A DNA stretch of 43,078 nt from Octopus bimaculoides (lineage: Eukaryota): assembly GCF_001194135.2 (NCBI RefSeq), contig NC_069002.1:8102626-8145703 (forward strand). The letters are read 5' to 3'. Position numbers and translations under genes: made by a program. Below, piece by piece: positions 29,636-41,906 of this stretch. Below the pieces are notes generated by a model. The model did not search any database. It worked only from the letters and a program-made list of their open reading frames with translations, and was not told the DNA's origin. How positions within the stretch are numbered: the stretch's first letter is position 1; every line of letters begins with the position of its first letter.

Positions 29636-30305
29636 NNNNNNNNNNNNNNNNNNNNNNNNNNNNNNNNNNNNNNNNNNNNNNNNNNNNNNNNNNNNNNNNN
29701 NNNNNNNNNNNNNNNNNNNNNNNNNNNNNNNNNNNNNNNNNNNNNNNNNNNNNNNNNNNNNNNNNNNNNNNNNNNNNNNNNNNNNNNNNNNNNNNNNNNN
29801 NNNNNNNNNNNNNNNNNNNNNNNNNNNNNNNNNNNNNNNNNNNNNNNNNNNNNNNNNNNNNNNNNNNNNNNNNNNNNNNNNNNNNNNNNNNNNNNNNNNN
29901 NNNNNNNNNNNNNNNNNNNNNNNNNNNNNNNNNNNNNNNNNNNNNNNNNNNNNNNNGAAAGAGCTGTAGTAGTGGTGGTGGTGGCGGCAGTAGTAGACAT
30001 AGATGAGCACAATTGAGGCTAGCCAGAGTGAAAACACCAGGCAGCTATTCTATGGAAGGATAAATGTTAATACCGACTTCAACAGTATTTGAACCCTAAA
30101 TGCAAAATTACACACCTAATTATTACGTGGTGCTTAAGATGAGCACTACACATTACCCTCATTAATAAATCAGAGGTGAATTTTGCCATTATCTTAATAG
30201 ATCTAGTAATACTAAAGTGCCCCCCCCCACACACACACACAGACATACATATATATGGACTGAGGGTTACAAGTCTGACAAGTCACTCCTATAGCTTCCC
30301 TGCTG

Positions 30306-30378
<73 letters not shown>

Positions 30379-32618
30379 ATGTATATGCACACACATTCAG
30401 ACATGTGTGCACATATACTGACGCGTACATTATGGCAGTATATACTTGTCAAATATTAGCTTCGAGGAGCGCAATAAATTACAAAAGCTGACGTTATATC
30501 CTGAAGTGCTCAGACTTCTGTCGTACATTGCATACTACTACTACTACTACTACTACTACTGCTGCTGCTACTATTACTACTACTAATAATAATACCAATA
30601 TAGCATTTGCATATTCATTTTTATACGTGTTCATACCTACACTTAGACATTGACACCGTCACACCTACTGCAAGTATAAAGGTTTTATAAACACACTGTA
30701 CGTGATCTGATCAATAAGTATCCGGACTGTTGTCATAGTAACGAAGCGAAAGTATGCAGAGTAAAGTCGCTTGGCACAGATTAACCTTAACCTCCGCTGT
30801 ACATGCGCACTAAGTTTTAACATTCTAGCTCTCTTTTGCTGTTTGCAGCAATGCTTGCAAGGAAGGTGTGTAGCGTGTGATCGTTGCACTGACCATGACA
30901 GAGAAAGCTGAGCATAGAATCTGTATCAAATTTTGTCAAAATCTTGGTGATACCTACACAGAGGTTTACGCAAAGCTTTCAGAAAGTGTTCATCATTCTC
31001 GACAACAATCAAGGAGATCTTGTGCAATTGAAACCCGAGTGTCTTTTTGGTCAGCTGAAAGCAGTTTGGGCACAAACTTAGCAGATACGCATTTCCTACC
31101 CAAATCTCAAGTGATAATGGACTGAACTGAACCGTAACTAATCTGAATGTCCTCTGATAAGTCACGGATGATGATTCGATGATTTCCCCGCATATCGACA
31201 TTTCTTCGGCCAACTTGAAAACGTCAGCCACACTCGTACGCTTGTGTGCAGCTCATACACTCCTCTCCATACACTTTCTGCAACTTTGTGTGGGCCTCTG
31301 AGCAGGTATCCCTATGACAACTTTTTCTGTCACGGTCAATGCGATGATTACCAGCTACACATCATCCAGGGTGCAGGCTGCACTGATAACCAGCTAGCGG
31401 AAGATCTGCCTGGGGTTAAACTACTAATAACATGGAACAGCCACTTTGATGTGGCGATTAACTCTACTGGACGCTAGCTCCAAAAGATTTTTTTATTCTA
31501 TCTCTGTTTATTTCCTCGTGTTCCTTTCTGTTAAAGAGCGTAGACTCGAATAGTAAAAGATTTTGTCATCATCACAAAGCACAAGTTTAACTTACTTTTT
31601 ATTATCTCCGTCGTTTGTTTTCTGTGATTCTGTATTTTTCACCACAAGATCATGGATTTTAGTCTCTAAAACCGAATTTCTGTCACAGAAAATTAGAAAT
31701 GGTTAGAACACATAGCTCTTAGATAAATATTACTAGAAATAGCTATTTTAATCTTTCAAAGAATTCTAATATTACAACAATGCCTATTTCCATGAGGCCA
31801 ACTTTTCTTTCTACAATTTCGGGGTCAATGAAATCAAGTTCCCTCCCTTGAAATTGTTGGCCTTGATCCAAAATTTGATATCAATATTACAACAATCCCC
31901 TAGATGTTTAAGATTGAAATTTTTAATTAAATATATGAAATAATTATTTGATCCTTTCTACTAAAGTCAGCAACATTTCAACTAGGGGCGGTAAAGATTC
32001 TGAAGATTTGCCGCTTCATTGACCATGAAAAAATCTTTTCTTCAGGCCCTGCCCCAGCATGGCCGCTTAAGCAAGTAAAAGAAAAATTATGAAAGATATT
32101 TATGTAAGTTGGCGTACCTTTCTTCTGGTAGTTCAGATCCATTCTTAGAGTTCTGGATTTCATTGATGAGATTCTTTAACTCAACAGGAATTTTTATCGC
32201 TTTGAATATTTCTTCGCGTTTGATTTTGTTCATTGCAAGGAGACTAAGGATTAATTTTACTTCCTAAAAGTGAAGAGATATGTATGTATGTATGTAGATA
32301 TATAGATAGATAAGGGTAGATATAAATATATGCACATACAAACATACATACATGCATACATCTACATTCATTTCGTAATCACCCGAAGAGACTCATCTAC
32401 ACCGACGGATACTCCTAAACCAATTGTTAAATATCCAACGCATATATGTGTGTGTGTGTGTACATATATATGTATACATATACGTGTGTATATATATCTA
32501 TATTCACACTTATATGTATTTGTATACATATATGTCTATATGTGTCTATATATATATATATATAAATACATATATATAAGCACATATGCATATATAAATA
32601 TACATATACATGTGTGAT

Positions 32619-32694
<76 letters not shown>

Positions 32695-34187
32695 NNNNNN
32701 NNNNGTGTGTGTGTGTGTGTGTGTATGGATATAATAGGCAGTGAGAGAGAGAGAGAGAGATAGAAGAGTGTGTCTGTATTTTTACTGTTCATTGGTTTCA
32801 TGAAACGCTGGAATCATCTCTACAACCATCCTATCAAACATGGACATTCCAGTTAGTGAGAACATTCACAATGTCTAATTCACATGATGACAGATATTGA
32901 GATATATGAACAGACACACGCGCACACACACAAATACCCACACAAGCACAATATATACATATATATACATCTATATATATTTTTATGTATATATATATCC
33001 TATTATGAAAAAAGATATTACGTTCATCTGTAAGTCTGTTTGTATCTTAATATCAGACTGCTGACTGAGTTCTTCTATATTCTGTTTCAATTGAACATTC
33101 ATCTGATTTCTGTAAGATAAATATTTATGTATATTACATATTCACTAAAGATTCATACATATATAGACACATTATGCATTTAGCTATATATATATATATA
33201 TATATNNNNNNNNNNATATATATATATATATATACGTACACGAACATATACATATGCGTCAGACAGACAGACTGCCATATGTTTTCGTCTACCAAATTCA
33301 CTCAGATTAGTTGACCCAGGACTGTAGAGGATGACACTTGCTCAATACTCCAATATGCCACAAGATGGGACTGAACCCGAAACTATACGATTGCAAAGAA
33401 AGCTTCTTATGCACACATTCATGACAGCACTAATGTGAAAAATCTATATACAGGGTGTCCACAAAGTCTGGGTACATGGGGATTAACACTTACTATAAGA
33501 AATTATTATTTCTTATATTTAATTGTTTATGTCATGATTTTATTTACTCTGTTTACCCACATGGGGATTAACACATACTTTAAGAAATTATTATTTCTTA
33601 TATTTAATTATTTATGTTATGATTTCATTTACTCTATGTACCCAGACTTTGTGGACATCCTGTACAATTGGAATTACAAAAAAAAAAACCAATAATAATA
33701 AGAAGAAGAAAAGAAAAAGGAAAACATCGAAATCTTACATGAAACGTTCTCGTTCTAAAATATGTTTGTTCATCAGAACGACTTTCTTAATAATTGCTGC
33801 TGTTTTATTCGGGGCTTTGCTTAAAACATCTCGAATTTCCTTTTCATGTTTTTCAGTTAATGTTGTTTCTCTCTGAATCTTCCTCACTTCAAGTTTCTTC
33901 GTGAGTTCCTATGGGTAAATAAGTTACTTACAAGCGGAGGTATCAATTGTTAATGTGCGTTGCTGCGTGAAATGGAACAAATGAGCTTTTTCATACATAG
34001 GGGTTTCAGACCCCGTGCTCTTTAAATGCCAGTTTAGAAACATGGATACATACAAACATACATACATATATACACATATTTGTAAATGTATATACATAGG
34101 TGCAAATATGCATATACGGATATGCATATATATATGTAAATATACATGTATATATGCATATATTCCTATATGTATGTGTGTGCGTAT

Positions 34188-34223
<36 letters not shown>

Positions 34224-37200
34224 ATATATATATATATATACATATATATNNNNNNNNNNNNNNNNNNNNNNNNNNNNNNNNNNNNNNNNNNNNNNNNNNN
34301 NNNNNNNNNNNNNNNNNNNNNNNNNNNNNNNNNNNNNNNNNNNNNNNNNNNNNNNNNNNNNNNNNNNNNNNNNNNNNNNNNNNNNNNNNNNNNNNNNNNN
34401 NNNNNNNNNNNNNNNNNNNNNNNNNNNNNNNNNNNNNNNNNNNNNNNNNNNNNNNNNNNNNNNNNNNNNNNNNNNNNNNNNNNNNNNNNNNNNNNNNNNN
34501 NNNNNNNNNNNNNNNNNNNNNNNNNNNNNNNNNNNNNNNNNNNNNNNNNNNNNNNNNNNNNNNNNNNNNNNNNNNNNNNNNNNNNNNNNNNNNNNNNNNN
34601 NNNNNNNNNNNNNNNNNNNNNNNNNNNNNNNNNNNNNNNNNNNNNNNNNNNNNNNNNNNNNNNNNNNNNNNNNNNNNNNNNNNNNNNNNNNNNNNNNNNN
34701 NNNNNNNNNNNNNNNNNNNNNNNNNNNNNNNNNNNNNNNNNNNNNNNNNNNNNNNNNNNNNNNNNNNNNNNNNNNNNNNNNNNNNNNNNNNNNNNNNNNN
34801 NNNNNNNNNNNNNNNNNNNNNNNNNNNNNNNNNNNNNNNNNNNNNNNNNNNNNNNNNNNNNNNNNNNNNNNNNNNNNNNNNNNNNNNNNNNNNNNNNNNN
34901 NNNNNNNNNNNNNNNNNNNNNNNNNNNNNNNNNNNNNNNNNNNNNNNNNNNNNNNNNNNNNNNNNNNNNNNNNNNNNNNNNNNNNNNNNNNNNNNNNNNN
35001 NNNNNNNNNNNNNNNNNNNNNNNNNNNNNNNNNNNNNNNNNNNNNNNNNNNNNNNNNNNNNNNNNNNNNNNNNNNNNNNNNNNNNNNNNNNNNNNNNNNN
35101 NNNNNNNNNNNNNNNNNNNNAATTTGCTCTTACCATTTTGTTTCCATTTAATTTAATCCTTTCCGGTCTTTTGAATTAGAACAAAAAATATTTTTACGGT
35201 AGGTTTTTTTTTGTTTGCTTGTTTGTAGTTTTATATTTCCTCTACAGACTTTTGTTTATCCTTTTTTTTTTTTGCTTGTTTCTTTTGTAGTTTAAATAAC
35301 TTTTACCTCTTTTCAGACATATGACGACGAAGCAGGAAAAGAGAAATAAGCAAATTTAACTGACAGCACATATATGTGAATATGTGTACGTGCGTGTGTG
35401 AGAATGAGTGTGTGAGCATGTGTGTGTGTGTGGGGGGGGGTCTGCGGATGTTTCTCACTGTCTGTCTACGTGTGTATTTTTAAATATATCTTTCACTATG
35501 TCTTTATGTAATAAATACAGTGTTTATTACTGTTAATTGCTATGTGTTAAAATAATATAACGTTGATATACAAGGTGAGCCAAATGTCTCGTAAAGGTTA
35601 TACCGACCAAGTTCACCCACAATTCATTTGTCGACCAGAAGTCAATAGTAAACGACAGTTTTCACGCGCTTTAAATTTGATATAGAATATAAAATACCTC
35701 GTCAAATTTCTTTTTCTTTTCTTCAGATTCTTGTTGCAGCTTTTGTTGTTTCTGAAATAGACATTAAGTAATTAAAAACATTAACAGATGAAACTAATAA
35801 TCATTTATAAATTCATAGATTAGAAACCACTGGTCCAAACAGCTACATAAAGATTCTTTAGTTTTGTCTCGGAGTTTCACAGATTTGAAAGTTAAAATTC
35901 GAATATCAAAATGTAAGTTATCTGAATCAACTTCTGAATGTTATTCGTAGTTAAAATCTGAAACAGAAACTACCACAAGAGCAACTTCATAAGGCAGAAA
36001 TCTCTGGAAACAGTTAATCTGTACGCCGGAATTTTCCCTCTCCCTCTTCTCTAATATTTTATGACAAAAAGAAAAAAAAACAAAAGAAAATAATACATTC
36101 GATGAATGTCGTCTAAATTGTGAATATTATCCAACTATAAGAAATGTTTGACCTCTTTTAATACTTAATTTATTTTGATTTATTTGGCTCGGGTTGTGTC
36201 ATGCTGATGAATTCAAATAAGGATGAAATAGCGATATNNNNNNNNNNNNNNNNNNNNNNNNNNNNNNNNNNNNNNNNNNNNNNNNNNNNNNNNNNNNNNN
36301 NNNNNNNNNNNNNNATATATATATATATATATATAAATTTTGTAGTAAGTAAAAGACATGTATATTTTATACATTTTATTCCTCTTCCTGTCAAGTGTCC
36401 CAGATGAACCAACTTCACGGCAGGAGGTGCAGATGAGAGCTGCTGCATCAAACTCTCTCATGCACCAAATTTCAATTCCTGAAGTAAAATTCGTGAAGTA
36501 AAATTGTGTAGCAACACCAAAGGGCGGTGCCCCAGCATGACCACAGCTCATGAGCTGAAACTAGATAAAATGAAAAAATGAAAATGATTTCCCGATTTCA
36601 AATTCAAACTTATTATCCTGCCAAATATTAACTAGAAACGATTATCTCCCTTACATTAACTAACCATCAGGTACAACACTTGTTTAAAATATAAATTAAT
36701 GGCGTCTTAATGTCCTTCGATCCAGTTTCATTTACCGATTGGCACATCGTTCGCTATACTTATGTTGATAAAGGGAAACAGTTTGGGAAAGCATGAATGG
36801 AAAGAGTGTAATAACTTTCATCTATCAGTCAGGGGAGGTAAGTCAGTAATCAAGAAACGAAACCAACGAGCCTAGCTAACGATTGGGCACGAGAGACAGG
36901 ACATTCCTCCTGTTTTGGAAACGCTACATTCTGGCTCTTGAGGCAAATGCATACACACACACAAACACACACACACACACACACACACATACCTGGGATA
37001 CAATCTTCACTTGCTCAAGGTGCTTGACAGTGGGACTGAACTTGGAACCATGTTGTTGGGAATGAAACTTCTTATCACACAGCCACGCCTGTGTCTTACA
37101 TAGTAAATTTTCCTAATGTGTATACTTCATTACACATTTTACCCAACTAAAGTTGTGCAAGAATGAATATAATGAAGAGAAAATAAAAATATAATGTTCA

Positions 37201-38213
37201 TAATAATATTTACCTTGGTATGTTCCTCAATTATCTTTTGAGATTCAGCATCACCGTTGACCCGCATGTCTTCCATCAACATAGTATTCATACCATCAAT
37301 CGCTCGGGCCTTTTCCTCAAGCAAGCACATCTGACAAGTAATGAACAAAGACGATATTCACGCATATTAACCTATATCTTATCGTTTATCTATTAGTTGT
37401 TTCATTAAACAGACTGCGGCCATGCTGAAGCACCACCTTGAAGAAGTTTTAGTCAAATGTATCGACCCCAGTATTTACTTATTATAAGCCTGGTACTTGT
37501 TCTATCAGTCCCTTTTGCCGAAGGTTACTATTGGTGTCATGCTAAGAAATGTAGAAAAATAACCTAGCGTCTAGACAATTTTCAAGCCGATCACATTGAT
37601 CCATTTTTCAAAACAGTCTCGCTTCGTTCACGGGATTTCTCGTAAATTCACATAAATAAAACAATGAATCAATAAATCAAGGGACGTTACTCTTGTGTGG
37701 CCTCATTTGGATGTTTGTTTCCCTTGGATTTGTCATTTGGGTAAATTTTTTTCTGATTAATTTGTTTGCTATATTTTGCATAAACTCACCAACGCATGTC
37801 CCACTACTGTTTGACAACCGGGGTTAGTTTGTCTACAGTCCTGTGACTTAGCCATTCTGCAAAAGAGACTGACACAATAAAGTATCATGCTTTTTAAAAT
37901 ATGTACTAGTATCTACTCGTTTGAATAAAATTGTCCCAGGCGGTGCCCCAGTCAAAAAACTGAAACGAGTAATTGTATGTATACATGTGTGTATGTATGC
38001 TAACCTGTTTCGCCTTCTCCAAATTTAGTCTCGCAATAGTTTCTCCAAGTTTTTCCTCTTGTTCTTGTTTTGCTTTTTCTCTCTGCTTCAGGAGACTCTT
38101 GTTGATCTAAGGTGCAATTATATTAATAATCAAGATACATTGTAATTATTATATCAATATTAATATTACTATTATAATAAAATGCATACATATACATATT
38201 AGCAGAAATATAA

Positions 38214-38259
<46 letters not shown>

Positions 38260-39804
38260 AAATGGCAATTGTCATTTCTGACTTCATCCAACCTTTGATG
38301 AATTTTGTTTTTTCTTCAACAGGGTGCCCCAAAATCCCTGTACTCACGAAGCAGGTTTGGTGACATTACCAGTTTCGTCACTAACAATCCGATAAGTAAC
38401 AGGCTGTTCTGATAGCAGGCTGTACTGATAGTTACATGTTACTGATAGCATTCAAGAGCGAACAGATAGATAGAGAGAGAGAGAGAAGGGAGAAAGAAAG
38501 AAAGGAAGGAAGAAAGAAAGAAACAAGAGAGTGACAAAGACAGATTCAAAACTGAGCTAGAATTCTTTTAACAATAATTAACAGGTACAAATTTACAAAC
38601 TATACCTCTTCAATTTCGGAAGATAAGTTGATCTCATCGATCTCAGGTGTATACAAGTCTCTATCCGTGGTTGTTGAGCGTTCATTCATGCCATCATTTG
38701 CGTCGCCACACTCAGTATTTGTGTCACCTGACTGTTGTTCGACAGTTTGAAAAAGAAAAATCATAAAATTAACTACATATTTACATAGCTTAGTTAGGGT
38801 GTGTATAACTTTTGTTTTAATGGGGTTTTTTTGTGGTTTAAGACGTACCTAAACAAAGAATATGAACATCTGCAATAATTTAATTTGAAACCGAAACAAA
38901 AGATGTAAATCAATGCACAAATGTGGTCACCTGAAAACATGAAGCCGACCAAAACGAAGGATCTAAGATCTAACTTAACCAAAAGACTGAACTGAAGTAG
39001 GGTGGGTTAAAAAACAACTCGGCGATTGGGGTTGAAAATAGAAATAAAACGTATGTGAAGATAGTAGTTCGGGAACATCTGAAAATGTAAATATACACTC
39101 AACATCGAAAGATGAAAGTTAAAAAGTGAGAAAGAAAGGAAGACAAAATAACAAATAGAGGGAGAGAGATTGAGAGAGAGGGGGAGACGAGTGAGATAGA
39201 CAAACTAAAGCAAAAAATGAGGGGAACGAAAGATCAAGGAAAACAATGCATTGTTAAGGATCTCTTTTGAATTTAACAGTAAAGCAAAGCTTAAGATAAA
39301 AGTATAAAAGTTACTTTTGCTTCCAATGCTTGCTGTTTCTCTAGGTTATCGATTTTCTGTTTCCTTTTCATTGCGAGTTTCTCCTCAAGAAGACTTTGTT
39401 GACGTAGTTTATTCAGAGTTAAGCTGGTGGATAAAAGTTTAAAAGTTCAATTAGTTCATTAAAACTGGTTTCAAATGGATAAACAGAGCTAGGTTACACA
39501 GTAGCATAGCTTGAGTATGTGCTCAGCTGAGGTTATTTATTTACTTATTTATTTATGTGCCCTTTTAAAGCCTAGCCAGGCTCATGGGCCCGGTTTCCCG
39601 GTTTCTATGTGCTACCCCCAAGAGAAAGCGGAATTTGTTTTTGTTACCTCGAATGACAAGAACTGCTAACTCGAGGGATCAAAGAACTTGCAGAAATGTG
39701 CAATCGATGGCTTCTACTTCGAATGCTAGGCTGCTTTTGTTGTAACTTGACGAATAAAGCAAATAATTTACCAAAATATTGCAAAACTTTTGACTCAACT
39801 GAAT

Positions 39805-39889
<85 letters not shown>

Positions 39890-41853
39890 GATGCTGTCGC
39901 AGAGTATATCTAGAAGAAAAATTTACAAGATGATCATGGACGGAACATTTTTAGCAGCATGTCCGCTAGAACCTGACTGAGCTGAGACAAAACAAAACCA
40001 ACATGCAATACCTTTTCTCGAATCGCATTTTCTGCATTTCATGTTCATCCAGTATCCTTTTGCGATTTTCATCTGACATACTGTCTTGGATTTTCAACAA
40101 CTCTCTGTGAAAGACCAACAAAATAAAAGCAGAAATCTGATTAAAATAATTGATAAAATAGTAATTTCCGTTCAGGCATAAAAAACAAAGTATGTAACTT
40201 TGTAATGTTAGAGTTACACATAAGACATGTCATAATGAAGAGAATATGTGATGATACTTACACCTTTCCCAAAGTTATCTGCAATGTAACTGTTAATAAG
40301 ATAAATAAATGAAAAAAAAAAACGCTTTTCAAACCGCTGATACGTGTGTGTATGCGTGCGTGCACGTGTGTGTGTGTGCGAGTATCCGCGTGTATATGTG
40401 TGCGCCTGCGTTTGTGTGTGTGTGCGCGAGGAATTAAACTTGTGTCATAAAAACTGTCAGAAACTACGTCCTACCGTCTCTGACAGCGATTTACACGGCA
40501 AGCTGTTCAACGTTTTTATGGAGTAGCGACGTAATATATAACAACGCAATGAATGTACATACTCAACGACCTCTGCTCTGTTTTCACTCATCCTCTCTAG
40601 GCTTTCTTTCTCTTCTTCATTCTGTTCTAAAGATTCTTTTTGCTTCTGAGACAGTTTTTCCTGCGATGGAAAAAATACAAACAGGAAAATTGTGGAAATT
40701 TCACTTTAGATCTAAAGGCATGGCATCAATGTATGAAGCTCTGGGTCAAGTGTGGTTCACTCTGTACACATAGAGCTCCGAGTTCGATCCTAGTGCTAAT
40801 CATTGGGCATTTAAGGAGCAATAACTCGTGAGGAAATTTTGGTTGACGGAAATGCATTGACGCCGTCACACATATATACATACATACATATTATATAAAT
40901 ATACACATATATACATACACACACAGATACACATACATTATATTATATTTTATAATATAAAATATAGTATACTGTTGACAGTTTTTTAATTAGATTTTAT
41001 TTTCTTAACTATTCTGCTCATAATATTTTGATTATTTGTGGCGGCGAGCTGGCAGAAACGTTAGCACGCCGGGCGAAATGCTTAGCAGTATTTCATCTGC
41101 TTTACGTTCTCAGTTCAAATTACGCCGAGGTCGACTTTGCTTTTCATCCTTTTGTGGTTGATAAATTAAGTACCAGTTGATGTAATCGACTGGCCCCCTC
41201 CCGAAAAATCTCCGGCTTTGTGCCTAGAGTAGAAAAGAATATTTTGATCATTGAGATGAAAAAACTTGTTTGCAACTACTTGGTTCCGAATTCAGTCTTA
41301 CTGCGTGGCACCTTGGGCAAGTATCTTCTTCTAAAAACCTGGGCCGTTTAGTCTCTTGTGATAGATGAAAACTATGAGGAAGCACGTCGTATGTATATAT
41401 GTGTGTTTGTGTGGGGGATATGTATGTGTATGTCTCTACGTCTGTGTGTTTTTGAATCTAAGTCTATCATATCATCACCACTGCTTAGCAACCGGTATTG
41501 GTTTGTTTATGTCTCTGTAACTTAACGGTTCCGCAAAAGAAACCGATAGGCTCAACAGAAAAGTAAGCATTGGGATAGATTTGTTCCACGGAAACCCTTC
41601 AAGGCGTCTCCCCAGAATGACTGAAACAAGCAAAAGATAAAAGAATAGTGTAACTTGTCCCCATAAATTGCATAATACCGCTTACGTTTTCTCACTTTTG
41701 TATAGAACAACTCGTTTATTCCACCCACATGGTTTCGTCAGTTTCATTTATAAATTTATTGATATTTTTTTTTTATGGAATTTGATGTAATTACCCCCAG
41801 TAACTAAAAACAAAATAAAACGCTTTATTATTATTGTTATTGTTGTTGGTGTG

Positions 41854-41906
<53 letters not shown>

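Noticed and set aside
35318-35350. + strand acceptor followed by TYDDEAGKEK*
   Set aside because: No upstream + strand exons found; lies within an intron of the - strand gene.
41040-41130. tRNA-like A/B boxes in SINE heads
   Set aside because: No complete cloverleaf; they run into SINE bodies, so they are not tRNA genes.
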